This document shows, piece by piece, positions 22,278-32,590 of a stretch of 64,000 bases of DNA (positions within the stretch are counted from its first letter, which is position 1; every line of letters starts with the position of its first letter). Under the pieces are notes generated by a model that did not search any database, had not been told where the DNA came from, and was given only the letters and a program-made list of their open reading frames with translations. Both the position numbers and the translations under genes were made by a program. Origin of the DNA: a virus; the IMG/VR virus record IMGVR_UViG_3300037805_000894; one strand, given 5' to 3'.

Positions 22278-22619
22278 CTAGTTTAAGTAAGCCGCTCTAA
22301 CATCATGGACAGTCTTGTCTTTCAGAAAGGGCATTATCAGTATCTCTTCTTCTTCTTCTTCTTTTAATATAGTTTGTAACATATGTGTTTTTAATGTTTT
22401 ATAATGCATGAGATTAAAAGTATTTATCTCGAAGCTTTTACCTAATACCTCTTTAAATCTCTGAGTATCTAAACATATTGCATCTACATCTTTATTCACT
22501 TCGAGAACATACTTTATATCCTCTTTGTATATATCTCCTAGAAATAGATACATCAACATGCTATCTAACTCAGCAAATATAAATACATCCTCCCTTGTGA
22601 AAAGAGCTATCTTTAGCAC
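22278..22619 (-). CDS. Hypothetical protein
   Basis: 113-aa ORF within the operon. Confidence 0.55.
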   Translation of the reverse strand: MLKIALFTREDVFIFAELDSMLMYLFLGDIYKEDIKYVLEVNKDVDAICLDTQRFKEVLGKSFEINTFNLMHYKTLKTHMLQTILKEEEEEEILIMPFLKDKTVHDVRAAYLN

Positions 22620-23302
22620 TGGTTTAAATTTATTAAAGCGTCGATACCTTCTAAGCCCGCAGGGATTTTAAAATACTGGTGCTCACTATACCCGTTTTTT
22701 ATTACCGTTAATGAGCGTGACTTATCCTCCCTGTTTGAGGTGCACTCAATAATAAGATCACACCAAAAAGGTATTCGCTTATATACATCCAAAATCTTTC
22801 TACCGGTCTTACCTTCTCCAGTATATTCATCTTTTAATTGTCCCGTGAAAACAATATTGCAACCAAAATTACGCATTTTCATGATTAGTTCATCCAGTAG
22901 AGCATAAACTTCCCCCCACATAAATTGTGGATATATCTTTTGTGCGCCGGATGTCTTCAAGTATTCTTCTTGTGCCATTTGTAATAATAGCGTGGCGGAA
23001 TCAATCACTACAGTTGCGGGCGAGATAATACTAGAGCCGCGTTCGATGTCTTTTGTTTTTTGGTAAAAGAAATTTAATGACTCTCTTATATCTGCCAGTG
23101 ACTGTGCCGGTGCTATATATACCTCTTTGTCCTCCTCTTGTTGCCGCAATACTAACTCACATCTGGTTTCTGTATCTATGACTAACATAGGTCCAGGATA
23201 TGAGAGTGCGTTAAAAGTTTTACCAGTACCTGGTTCTCCATAGTAGAGAGCAACTAAGCCTGCTCGTGGACTATCTGCCTTGTTGTATGTTTTTATTTCC
23301 AT
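22613..23302 (-). CDS. Phage P-loop NTPase (AAA_24/Sak4-like recombination protein)
   Basis: YGEPGTGKT, VIDTE, VVIDSAT, WG motifs. Confidence 0.8.
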   Translation of the reverse strand: MEIKTYNKADSPRAGLVALYYGEPGTGKTFNALSYPGPMLVIDTETRCELVLRQQEEDKEVYIAPAQSLADIRESLNFFYQKTKDIERGSSIISPATVVIDSATLLLQMAQEEYLKTSGAQKIYPQFMWGEVYALLDELIMKMRNFGCNIVFTGQLKDEYTGEGKTGRKILDVYKRIPFWCDLIIECTSNREDKSRSLTVIKNGYSEHQYFKIPAGLEGIDALINLNQC

Positions 23303-23384
23303 GACTATGTTTTGAATTTTTAGCGAAATGCCTTATTATTTTATACCTAGTAACCTCCGCGTTTTAAGTTTCACGCGCTAAAAA

Positions 23385-24011
23385 GTGTCTAAAAATAAAA
23401 AGAAAATTGTAAGCATTAAGCCTACTAAGCCAGGCTTTTTGCTTGTTGTGTATGCAGATAAAACTACGGAACTTATCGAGGTTTATGAGGCTCCCCTGCG
23501 TAAAGATATCAGTGAAGGTTCTGAAGTTTTTAAGGGGATGTCAGATCAACCTTGTCCACACTGTGGAACACATTTAAATGTTCTATATCAGTATCTTTTT
23601 AAAATAAAGATAGTAAACGACAAAGTATATTCTTACGATACAAAAAAACACGAGGAATACATTAAAGGACAGTACTGTCCCAAATGTAATATACAAGTGT
23701 TTGCATGGGAGATAGCAGAACTCTTTGTAGACTATATACAAATACATACGAGCAAGAAAGGGTTAGAGGGAACCCTTCGTTTAGAGCCCATAACGGGGAC
23801 ACCTGGAAACTGTCCAGGAATTAAACAATGTGCATGGAAGGAACATAATGCTGTACTAACTTGTGATGGATACCCCCAGTGTTTAAAAACAAGAGAATGT
23901 AACGAAGATTGGCGTATTACTATAGATAAGAGTAAAATAACCTTGTCTAAGTTAATTAAGCCTCGCAGCGTTAATAAGCTTTTCAAACAATATAAGGAAT
24001 ATAATGTTTAA
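23385..24011 (+). CDS. Zinc-binding hypothetical protein
   Basis: CPHC...CPKC plus a second Cys cluster. Confidence 0.55.
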   Translation: MSKNKKKIVSIKPTKPGFLLVVYADKTTELIEVYEAPLRKDISEGSEVFKGMSDQPCPHCGTHLNVLYQYLFKIKIVNDKVYSYDTKKHEEYIKGQYCPKCNIQVFAWEIAELFVDYIQIHTSKKGLEGTLRLEPITGTPGNCPGIKQCAWKEHNAVLTCDGYPQCLKTRECNEDWRITIDKSKITLSKLIKPRSVNKLFKQYKEYNV

Positions 24012-24855
24012 ATTATCTGGAAGAATACTTGATTGGGTTGACGAGAACCCTGGAATTACTAAAATTAGTAGTTCCCCTTTTGCTATAGCTGACTATGCTC
24101 TAGTATTAGAAGACTATGAAGGTAAGATAGGAAGAAAGTACCCCCTTGCTTCTAAAGAAGATGTGGAGAATTCCATAGAGTCTTTCGAGAAGTATGCTAG
24201 TCGTTTAATGCCTTTACATAGGAGGACCGCCGCAACTTTTTTGGATGCTGCTTGCTCTAAATATGCATTAGCCCCTACTGAGAAAGTGGCTATGTACAGC
24301 GATTCTAGTATAACTAATCGAATGGTTCCTTATAGAAAAGCTCTAGCAGATTATGAGCCTATTAAGATAGCAAAAGATGCTTCTTCTATTATTCAAAGTA
24401 TATCTAATATTGCAAGCGAGGAAAATTTAGATTTTGGTGTAGAAGACTCCTTTGTAAAACAAGCTGCATATGAGCTTTCTTATATATTAAAAGAGAATGA
24501 AATCTGTACAAAAAAAGATGCACTTGTACAAAGCATTCAGAAAATAGCTACTGATGGGGTACCCTTGCCCGCAAAGGAGCTATATGAAATAGCTAGGCAT
24601 GTTTGTAGTTTAGCTAGTGTTGATATAAACAAAACTGCTCTTTATAACCCTCACAAATGGCCAAAGGCTTTAATAAAGAAAGAGGCGTCTGCCGACGTAC
24701 TGGACGAGTTTGTTTTAGATAACATTAAAAAATTAGAAGGGCATTTTAACACAGAATTGATTGAGAAAATTAGTACGTCTCCAACAAAGGTTTTGTCAGC
24801 ATTACCTGAAGAGATTTCCAAAATAGTAGCCGATTTGTTAACATCCAATGAATAA
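24004..24855 (+). CDS. Putative head morphogenesis/virion protein
   Basis: RKYPL motif, many K-x-A motifs, upstream of the portal gene. Confidence 0.45.
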   Translation: MFKLSGRILDWVDENPGITKISSSPFAIADYALVLEDYEGKIGRKYPLASKEDVENSIESFEKYASRLMPLHRRTAATFLDAACSKYALAPTEKVAMYSDSSITNRMVPYRKALADYEPIKIAKDASSIIQSISNIASEENLDFGVEDSFVKQAAYELSYILKENEICTKKDALVQSIQKIATDGVPLPAKELYEIARHVCSLASVDINKTALYNPHKWPKALIKKEASADVLDEFVLDNIKKLEGHFNTELIEKISTSPTKVLSALPEEISKIVADLLTSNE

Positions 24856-25685
24856 TGCCAGCTTTCGTACAACCTATGAAGTGGGGTTCCGACCCCGACA
24901 AAAACCTTGCTACACCTTCTGAAGAAGTAAAAGAAGTTTTAGTAGGAGATGGAAAAGAAATTATTGGGTCCTTGCCAGATATTGGTGCAGTAGAAAGTGC
25001 CACTATTTTTGAGACAACCTATTACGGGGATAGTATATCTCTTGGAGAAGTAAGTGAAGTAGTTTCGGATAAAGAAGAGATCGAAGAGGTTATTGACGTA
25101 GATAAGCTTGCTCCGCAATCCATATATACTACTTTACTGAAAAAGTATGGTGATAGTTTTCTAAAGTGGGAGCCAGAGACATTAAGGGTTGTTATAAAGG
25201 ATGACTTTCAAATAGAGAATTTGCCCGATACTGTTTGGGAAGCGATTCAAGCTACGCGAGTTGCGGGGGCGGGAGTTACGTGGAACAGCTATCTGGCATT
25301 TGAAAAGGCTGCTTTAGCTATCAGTGGACAACCAGTTCATCCAGGTTTTATCCAACATGTCTCAGTAGAGGAGATGGCTGAGTTATACAAACTAATGACG
25401 AGCATAGACCCTGAAGGAGAATTGAGCGATGAAGTAGATCGTTATATAGCTGCTAGAATGTTTGCCGATAATTACCTTTATTGTGGTAATGTTTTCCCTA
25501 ATGATATTCAACAGCATCTATTTACGTTAGGTACGTCACGAGAATTGACTAATGCTGTACATGAAAAAGTTAACACTATTTTAAATACACACAATGAAAA
25601 CACAATATCTCTTAGCGCATCCATAGCTGCTTTAACACACTCAATGGTAGATATACAAGTAGCTAGATATATCTCTTTATTATAA
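24855..25685 (+). CDS. Hypothetical protein adjacent to portal
   Basis: 276 aa, LLKKYG..WEPETL; coupled to the previous gene. Confidence 0.55.
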   Translation: MPAFVQPMKWGSDPDKNLATPSEEVKEVLVGDGKEIIGSLPDIGAVESATIFETTYYGDSISLGEVSEVVSDKEEIEEVIDVDKLAPQSIYTTLLKKYGDSFLKWEPETLRVVIKDDFQIENLPDTVWEAIQATRVAGAGVTWNSYLAFEKAALAISGQPVHPGFIQHVSVEEMAELYKLMTSIDPEGELSDEVDRYIAARMFADNYLYCGNVFPNDIQQHLFTLGTSRELTNAVHEKVNTILNTHNENTISLSASIAALTHSMVDIQVARYISLL

Positions 25686-25688
25686 ATT

Positions 25689-27443
25689 ATGTCATATAAA
25701 GCAAACGATCTTACTTTTGGTGGAAACAACTCGGCCTATGCTTCGCCATACAACGATATGTCGAAAAAGTACTTGCCGAGTACACAAAGAGACTTGTTTA
25801 GATGGTGTCAATATTACCTAGACAATAGCCCTATTATCCAGCAAGCTATTAGAAGAATGTCTTCTTATCCTATAACTAAACTAATACCATTATTGGAAGA
25901 CGAGGCTAAGCAAGATAAAGCAGAAGATGTTTTAAAAGTATTAAAGGTTAGGGATGTCTGTCAGAATATTGCGATGCAGTATTTTGCTTTTGGTAATGCT
26001 TTCGCAACAATTGTTTCACCCTATCAACGCTACTATGAGTGTCAAGAATGTAAAACTAAGTTTACATATAAAGAAGCAGAACAAGCTAGGATAAAGTTTA
26101 AGGAGAAGGGGCAGCTCTTTAGGATGAAGCGCAAGGGACGTAAGCAGGATATGGCAATAGCTAAATGTCCCAGATGTAAAGTGCAGAATGCACATATATC
26201 TTGTATAGACAAGCCAGTAAAGAATTTAGATGAAACACGTATTGTTTTACTGCACCCGTTAAACCTCCGTATTGAGAAGAATCAGGTATCTGGTAAATGC
26301 GAATATAGATTTGTTATGCCAGCGAGTATGCGTAAAAAAATACTAGCTGGTGATTGTTTTTTAATTGAAACAAGCCCTAAAATTTTCGTTGAAGCGGCTA
26401 TATATAATAAAGATATTGTTTTAAATGAAGAGTCTATTTACCATTTTTGTCGGATCAATGCCGACTCAATGACTGGATGGGGTCATCCTCTAATTCAAGG
26501 TGTTCTTAGGGAACTATTTCATAGTCAGGTTATCAAGAAAGCGGCTGAAGCACTCGCCATTCAGCATATCAACCCCCTGATGATTGTCTATCCTCGCGAT
26601 TCTGGTCAATCAAATATTTATCAACATTTAGATATGTCTAACTGGAGTAAAAATATGGAAGGGCAATTAAGACAATGGCGCAAAGACCCTAACCATATAC
26701 CCTTAATGCCTGTTCCTACCGGCGTGGACTATATAGGTGGACAGCATAGAAGTTTGGACCCTACAGCGGCTCTTAGCCATATGAACGAAGAAATTGCTAT
26801 GGGAATGGGTGTACCAAAAGAGTTCTTGATAGGAGGCACCACTTTTAGCTCGAGTTCTATAGCGTTACGTATGCTTGAGAATGATTTCATTAATCTACGA
26901 AATATGCTTCTTGAATTCATAAATGGCTTCCTACTCCCTTCTGCAGTGAAAGTATGTGATACGCCATCTTTTGAGGTTAAGTTTACTAATCTACGCACTG
27001 CTGACGATGTGCAACAAAAAGATTTGATGCTGCGTTTAATGCAAATGGGTAAAATGTCCTCTGAAACTGTTTTAGACGAATTAGGGTTTGATTCAGCGAA
27101 AGAGGCTGATCGGATATATGAAGAAATGAAAAAGGCTATGGATAAGCAGCAGAAGATGAATAGCGAGGAGTTGGGTCAGCCCATGCTTTATAACGTTGAA
27201 GTCCCTACTGATGGCTCGATGGATTTAAGCATGACAACAACTGAAGATATGGTTGGTTTTATAGGAAATATGATGCAACAATCCCCCCCTGATGCTCAGC
27301 AATTTTATTCACAAATGATGCAACAGCAGGCTCCTAATATTTACGCAGCAGTTAATAAGCATATGGGTAAGTCTTCTCCTTCCCAACAAGCAAATAATAT
27401 TCCAGATCAGAAACCTTCGAGTGGGCCTAATTCACAAGTATGA
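25689..27443 (+). CDS. Portal protein with zinc-ribbon insertion
   Basis: YFAFGNAF, GWGHPLI, EEIAMGMGVPKEFL, MSSETVLDELG motifs; Q/M-rich tail; CQEC..CPRC insert. Confidence 0.75.
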   Translation: MSYKANDLTFGGNNSAYASPYNDMSKKYLPSTQRDLFRWCQYYLDNSPIIQQAIRRMSSYPITKLIPLLEDEAKQDKAEDVLKVLKVRDVCQNIAMQYFAFGNAFATIVSPYQRYYECQECKTKFTYKEAEQARIKFKEKGQLFRMKRKGRKQDMAIAKCPRCKVQNAHISCIDKPVKNLDETRIVLLHPLNLRIEKNQVSGKCEYRFVMPASMRKKILAGDCFLIETSPKIFVEAAIYNKDIVLNEESIYHFCRINADSMTGWGHPLIQGVLRELFHSQVIKKAAEALAIQHINPLMIVYPRDSGQSNIYQHLDMSNWSKNMEGQLRQWRKDPNHIPLMPVPTGVDYIGGQHRSLDPTAALSHMNEEIAMGMGVPKEFLIGGTTFSSSSIALRMLENDFINLRNMLLEFINGFLLPSAVKVCDTPSFEVKFTNLRTADDVQQKDLMLRLMQMGKMSSETVLDELGFDSAKEADRIYEEMKKAMDKQQKMNSEELGQPMLYNVEVPTDGSMDLSMTTTEDMVGFIGNMMQQSPPDAQQFYSQMMQQQAPNIYAAVNKHMGKSSPSQQANNIPDQKPSSGPNSQV

Positions 27444-27781
27444 AAAATTTAGAGCAAGCCTTTTTAGTTTCTCGTACAGAAGAAGACGAGAAAATAGCCA
27501 AGGATTTAGATGAGAAAGGCACAACGATAGATGTTGAAGACATGCTACGTGAGAGTGCTCATAAGTCTATGGAGGAGAGTAGGACTACCATCAAGAAAAC
27601 TCCTATTCCAAAAAAAGAATATAACAAGATTGATTATAGGACGTTTAAGCTCCCTGCTGAACGCGAAGAGTACTTAGAGCATGTTAATCAAAAAGATAGA
27701 AAGGTGATAGAAGAAATAAAAAATATAGATAATAAAGATTTAATATTACATTTATTTTCAATAGTTACTAAAGTTATTTAA
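27440..27781 (+). CDS. Hypothetical protein
   Basis: 113-aa ORF coupled to the portal gene (ATGA). Confidence 0.55.
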   Translation: MKNLEQAFLVSRTEEDEKIAKDLDEKGTTIDVEDMLRESAHKSMEESRTTIKKTPIPKKEYNKIDYRTFKLPAEREEYLEHVNQKDRKVIEEIKNIDNKDLILHLFSIVTKVI

Positions 27782-28069
27782 CGCTTCTTTACATATTCGC
27801 CGCTATTTTCTCTACGGAGTTCATCACGAATTTCATCTTTTAGGTCCTTTTCCATCTATATATTTATACCATGAAAAGCTTTATTTGCACAAGCGTGTAA
27901 CTCCTCGCAGGGGCGACGTCGTTCTGCAAAATACCGCTAAAGCTAAATTTTGCTAACGCCGTAGTAGGGTTAAATATTCATTTTATTCATATTCCAGGTG
28001 ACCCATGAAGCCACCACCTCAACCCAAAATAGCATACTAAATACAAATTGCAACAGAAAATTTCGGTAA

Positions 28070-28105
28070 AAAAATAGGAGATATGCATGTAGCATATCTC
28101 CTATC
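28070..28105 (-). terminator. Rho-independent terminator
   Basis: ataggagatatgc/gcatatctcctat stem with a U tract on the - strand. Confidence 0.7.
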
Positions 28106-28108
28106 ATC

Positions 28109-28378
28109 TTAGTTAACCTCTTCACCAGCGATAACTTCACTATCAGCCTCTTGTGCCGGGACCCCGGCGGAGTCATCGGCGGTTACCCTCTCTGAAGGCT
28201 TTGGAGGTGTAGGAGCGCCCTTCTCGCCCTTTTTGCTATAGCACCGACGGCCGATGAGTACGCCAGCCAGCACCGCCATCACCCCCCCTGTTATGAGGAG
28301 TGCAATACCCTTACCATTTTCTGGCACGAGACTATCCGTGAGACTATCCGTTACGGCCATTGTTGTGTTTGTATCCAT
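28109..28378 (-). CDS. Small single-pass membrane protein
   Basis: TM segment IALLITGGVMAVLAGVLIG; SD and AGGTATAAA upstream; higher GC than surroundings. Confidence 0.65.
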   Translation of the reverse strand: MDTNTTMAVTDSLTDSLVPENGKGIALLITGGVMAVLAGVLIGRRCYSKKGEKGAPTPPKPSERVTADDSAGVPAQEADSEVIAGEEVN

Positions 28379-28473
28379 TTTTTGTACCTCCTATAAGTAC
28401 AAGTGTTGTCAGATGAAATTATCTGATACTTATTTATACCTATAAAAGTACTTATTTTTTAGTGTGTTTTAAG

Positions 28474-28510
28474 AAAAAAAGACCTCTAATTAGCAATAAT
28501 TAGAGGTCTT
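28474..28510 (-). terminator. Rho-independent terminator
   Basis: gacctctaatta/taattagaggtc perfect stem plus U tract on the - strand. Confidence 0.75.
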
Positions 28511-28526
28511 ATAATGGGTTTAGTTT

Positions 28527-29027
28527 TTAGCCTGGAACGACCCCGGACACTAAAACCTGTTCCTCTTGTTTCTCTAGTCCTAGCTTAACTCGCGCTAGAT
28601 CACCACGAATCATAGCTAATCTATCCTTACGTGATGCAAGTTTAAGGAGGTACTTACTGCTTTCAGAACCCTTTACGCTCAATACTCTTAACAGGGCAAC
28701 AGGGGTGTGTCCTTCAAGATAGCGCCTATGTGTATATAAGAATAATCTAATAGGGTTTCCCTCTAGAGTATTCTCTGCACTAAGGTAATCTTCAAAGTAC
28801 CAAACAATATCACGTGCTCCTTCTCTTTTATAGCGCTTTATACCTGTCATCTCTTTGAGGAGGGTGGACATAGAGGCTACTGCTGAGTTTTGGTTAGTTG
28901 ATACATAACCATACTGTGTTACTTGGTTTAAATACACGATACATTCATTGACTGTGACTGGTATTCCCACAATCTTAATAAATGAGCGTATAGCTTCTTT
29001 TCTATTTTGTATTAGTGTACTAGACAT
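28527..29027 (-). CDS. Hypothetical protein
   Basis: 166-aa ORF. Confidence 0.55.
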   Translation of the reverse strand: MSSTLIQNRKEAIRSFIKIVGIPVTVNECIVYLNQVTQYGYVSTNQNSAVASMSTLLKEMTGIKRYKREGARDIVWYFEDYLSAENTLEGNPIRLFLYTHRRYLEGHTPVALLRVLSVKGSESSKYLLKLASRKDRLAMIRGDLARVKLGLEKQEEQVLVSGVVPG

Positions 29028-29308
29028 TTCTTATGGAAGTAGCGCACTTTTTCAAGCTGGAAAGTTTTAAAAGAAGCGTAGACACAACGTGCTATTGTAG
29101 AAGCCTCTTTTTTACTTAGCGTCATATCTCTGTAGGACACTTTTTTCCAGGCTGATTGCACCTCATTTACTTGTTCAGGGGTTAAATCACTTATATCAAA
29201 ACCGCGTAAGCGTGTTTGATTCCGGTTAGTAGTTAGAACAGTATAGTTTTGTTCTTTACCTTCCGCACGGTAACGGAAGGATTTAGTTTTTAAATTTACT
29301 TTAGTCAT
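29012..29308 (-). CDS. Hypothetical protein
   Basis: 98-aa ORF, coupled. Confidence 0.55.
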   Translation of the reverse strand: MTKVNLKTKSFRYRAEGKEQNYTVLTTNRNQTRLRGFDISDLTPEQVNEVQSAWKKVSYRDMTLSKKEASTIARCVYASFKTFQLEKVRYFHKKCLVH

Positions 29309-29739
29309 TTTAATTTAGGTTGCTTTTTAAGTAAGGGTGCTCTTACTGCTTGAACTCTAGAGATTCTATTATCATTACAGATGATTCCATCATGCGATTT
29401 ACGTACTTCTAAAGCATCAGCGACTGTATCTATTATATTCTGGATGTCGTACCTTCCACCCCATTTTGTTTTAGGGGGTTCCTCATCTAACCTAGTAACT
29501 ATAATAGTTACGGTATCTAGAAGAGCGTCATATTCGACGTCTAGTTCAACATAGGATGTTATTGGTATATCCCATCCGACTTTTTTAGCTTCTTCTATAA
29601 GCAGAAGAGCTATATCTTTTTCGTCTTTCTTAGCTTTAGCATTAGGAATGAAAACAGGTTTTCCATTTCTACCACGAGCCAATATATTATTATTCTTCTT
29701 ACCCTTTGGTCTTTTTGTAGTTATTTTTATTGTCTGCAT
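29305..29739 (-). CDS. RusA-like Holliday junction resolvase
   Basis: PKGKKN start; DIQNIIDTVADAL...GIICNDNRI resembles the RusA DxDN..D.L..DD catalytic motif. Confidence 0.65.
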   Translation of the reverse strand: MQTIKITTKRPKGKKNNNILARGRNGKPVFIPNAKAKKDEKDIALLLIEEAKKVGWDIPITSYVELDVEYDALLDTVTIIVTRLDEEPPKTKWGGRYDIQNIIDTVADALEVRKSHDGIICNDNRISRVQAVRAPLLKKQPKLK

Positions 29740-29906
29740 AAGAGCGCTGACATATTATAACTTTAGTGAGCCATCTTAGGGTCTTTTTATTAAGTTTTTT
29801 TATCTGTTCTTTATTTTGAACGAGGTATATGACACCTCTTGTGAGTGGACGTATAAAATTTTGAGTACGCATTAGTTTATTTTGGAAATTTAGTTACAAT
29901 TAGTTT

Positions 29907-30347
29907 ATGACAGCTACATGGACAACTGAATATAATAACCTTGGCGATTATAGTACTCTTACCTACAGTGCAGTAACAGATTTAGCATCTTCTCTCTCTG
30001 CTAATGTAACACCTGCTTTACATGTGGGGGAATGTGATCGTCTGGTTTTCTTGCCTTCAGCTATTGATGCCGCTGGAGATTTCATTGCATGGACTGAAGA
30101 TGCTGTGCTAGCTGTACAGTTTTCAATGGATGGTATTTTGTGGTCCGAAGCGCCAGAAGGGGGCGCTATTCAGCATCCAGCTTTTTCAAGCGCGGAGTTC
30201 CCTACGCTAGGATATAGCGACTATAATGCTAAATATATCAGGTTTAGACATGATGGTATTACTGAACCATTCGATTCTTCTGTAACTATTTCAATAACTG
30301 TTTATAAGCAGTATTTTGGTAAAGCAGAAAGTAAAGGTAGGCGTTAA
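29907..30347 (+). CDS. Putative virion beta-sandwich protein
   Basis: VQFSMDG..W and KYIRF motifs; TACAAT 6 nt before ATG. Confidence 0.5.
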   Translation: MTATWTTEYNNLGDYSTLTYSAVTDLASSLSANVTPALHVGECDRLVFLPSAIDAAGDFIAWTEDAVLAVQFSMDGILWSEAPEGGAIQHPAFSSAEFPTLGYSDYNAKYIRFRHDGITEPFDSSVTISITVYKQYFGKAESKGRR

Positions 30348-30679
30348 ACTAGTTTGTAAGTTTCGTCAGCTATTCTATTCATAAGAATGAAGGCAATATC
30401 ATTACAGATTTGTTCTTCCTCCTTTTCATCTTCACAGAAAATACCCTTCCTAACTAGCGCCCAGTGTCCCACCTCATGATAGTACACCCAAGCCTCTTCT
30501 TCCAAGGTACCCACAGGCGCTACTAAGATTCTTTCTAGGATAGGGATATATAATCCCCATGCTCCTATAAGACGTGTTAGTATCCCCCAGACCCCTTCCC
30601 TAGACGGAGCTGTTTGATTTCGTACACTTCTCTCAGCGAAGTCTACTATAGAGTAAAAAGTTTTATCACTTATTTGCAT
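30344..30679 (-). CDS. HEXXH metallopeptidase-like protein
   Basis: HEVGH...EEQICN. Confidence 0.6.
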   Translation of the reverse strand: MQISDKTFYSIVDFAERSVRNQTAPSREGVWGILTRLIGAWGLYIPILERILVAPVGTLEEEAWVYYHEVGHWALVRKGIFCEDEKEEEQICNDIAFILMNRIADETYKLV

Positions 30680-30792
30680 TTTAAAATTTATTCTAAATTA
30701 GGACGCAATAAAAAGTAGCATCCCATAAAGGTTGTATAGTTTAATACCCTCTTTTTGCTTGTATTTCACGCAGTGGTTCTTATACTTATTAA

Positions 30793-31479
30793 ATGCACGT
30801 AGGTATAGTAATAGGCGTACGCAATAGAGCTTCTATCTATAAATGCGTCTCCGCATTTAAGGAAGCAGGTTTTATTGTCTGCGTAGTAGAGCAAAATAAC
30901 ATACAGCGCTATAAAGAAGCTAAAGAGGATTACTACGTCTTTCACCAGACTAGTGATGTGTATTCTAGATCTCTTGCCAACAACCTAGGAGCCGAGGTGT
31001 TAAAGGAGATGAATTACATTTGGTTTGCAGATGCTGATATTCTTATATCACCAGAAGTAGGTGAGGGTATCAAGCCTTATTTAGATGAGCGTATCCTGTT
31101 TCCCAGAATAGGCTCCTATACTACAGGGGCGCATACAGGTAATATGGTTGTGCCTAAAGCGCTCTTCTCTCATTTAAGTTTTAACGAAGAGCTAGTAGGA
31201 TGGGGTTATGAAGACGATGACTATCTTCATAGGTGTAGGCAACGAGGCGCCATCCTGCATTACGCTGTAGATATAGGTTTAATAACACACTTAAAAGCTC
31301 TAACGCCTGAGAAACAGGAGCACTTTTTCCCTGGATGCAAGAAGTGGAATTGCTGGGGGCATAATGTTATAATTTCAGATTACGCATTAAGTATACCTGA
31401 AAATTCTCCTGGATTTGGGCCAGGAGATATAAGAAGAGAGTTTCCTAAAGAATGGATGGATATTAATGATTACAACTAA
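30793..31479 (+). CDS. Glycosyltransferase (GT2/GT7 galactosyltransferase-like)
   Basis: VVEQ, RSLANNLG, FADADIL, GWGYEDDD. Confidence 0.85.
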   Translation: MHVGIVIGVRNRASIYKCVSAFKEAGFIVCVVEQNNIQRYKEAKEDYYVFHQTSDVYSRSLANNLGAEVLKEMNYIWFADADILISPEVGEGIKPYLDERILFPRIGSYTTGAHTGNMVVPKALFSHLSFNEELVGWGYEDDDYLHRCRQRGAILHYAVDIGLITHLKALTPEKQEHFFPGCKKWNCWGHNVIISDYALSIPENSPGFGPGDIRREFPKEWMDINDYN

Positions 31480-32590
31480 CAGTTTAAAAGAATTAGTAGA
31501 AGGTAAGACAGTAGCTATAGTAGGGAATGGTCCTAGTGTCTTAGTTAATGAGCTAGGGTATTTGATTGACTCAGCTGACTTAGTTTTTCGTTTCAATAAT
31601 TTTTATATAGGGAAATTTGAGAAATATTCAGGAAAAAAAACATCTGTTTGGGTTACCTCAATGTGGTCATATATCATTCATCCTCTTGGTAAGTTTTCTG
31701 TTATATGTCCATTTCCATTAGATGATCCTGAACTTTTAGAGATTCAACCTCATTTCGCAGATTCGAACTTTAAACTAGTCGATGAAGATTCTGACGTATT
31801 GTATATGCCTATGGGTATTTACAAAGAATTATTGACTTACGTAGACAAGCCTAGCAGTGGATGTTCTTTTCTTTTTTGGCTATACAAAGTAATAGGTACG
31901 ATTGATAAAGATAACCTATTTGGGTTTGACTTCTTTAAGAATAGTAATCTTCATTATTACTCTGCAGAGGACACTTCTCATATAACTCACTCTTCTATTC
32001 AGGAAGAAAGTTTAATATTACAAATGTGTGGAGATAATCCTAATTTTATGGATCTAGGAGAGATCTCTGGAGAGCAGGGAAGAGAGGACTATCAACAAGG
32101 GTGGCAATCCTTTTTTGGATCCTATTTCAAATCTAAATCTATTTTAGATGTTGGGGCTGGGCTAGGGCTTTCTAAAAAGAGGTTGGAGACTGGTGGTAAT
32201 CAAGTAATGCTACAGGATATAGGGCCAGGGTTAGATGTTGATTTTGCTTGTTCAATTGAAAAGATAGAAGAAGTGTTTGATGTCGTAACATGCTTTGATG
32301 TGATCGAGCATGTTTATGAGGATACTAAATTTCTAGAGTCTCTATATAATCTAAGTAAAGATGGAGTTGTTCTTACTACACCTAATTATAACGTATCTAG
32401 ATGTTCCAATAAATTTCATATTAGAGAGTATACTCCAAATGGGTTGATACAGCTCGCTAGAGATTTAACGGATGATAAGATTTACATGTGGAGTTCAATT
32501 GATCCTCATGGGGGCAGTCCAGTAGAACATACAGAAGAATCTTTTAACTTAAGTATGGATCCTGTACTATCTATCTATATTACTAAGTAG
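31466..32590 (+). CDS. GT29 (sialyltransferase-like) domain fused to a class I SAM methyltransferase
   Basis: Sialylmotif-L-like AIVGNG..IDSADLVFRFN..GKKT; PSSG, GFDFF, HYY; C-terminal LDVGAGLG, FDVVTCFDVIEH, TTPN. Confidence 0.8.
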   Translation: MITTNSLKELVEGKTVAIVGNGPSVLVNELGYLIDSADLVFRFNNFYIGKFEKYSGKKTSVWVTSMWSYIIHPLGKFSVICPFPLDDPELLEIQPHFADSNFKLVDEDSDVLYMPMGIYKELLTYVDKPSSGCSFLFWLYKVIGTIDKDNLFGFDFFKNSNLHYYSAEDTSHITHSSIQEESLILQMCGDNPNFMDLGEISGEQGREDYQQGWQSFFGSYFKSKSILDVGAGLGLSKKRLETGGNQVMLQDIGPGLDVDFACSIEKIEEVFDVVTCFDVIEHVYEDTKFLESLYNLSKDGVVLTTPNYNVSRCSNKFHIREYTPNGLIQLARDLTDDKIYMWSSIDPHGGSPVEHTEESFNLSMDPVLSIYITK

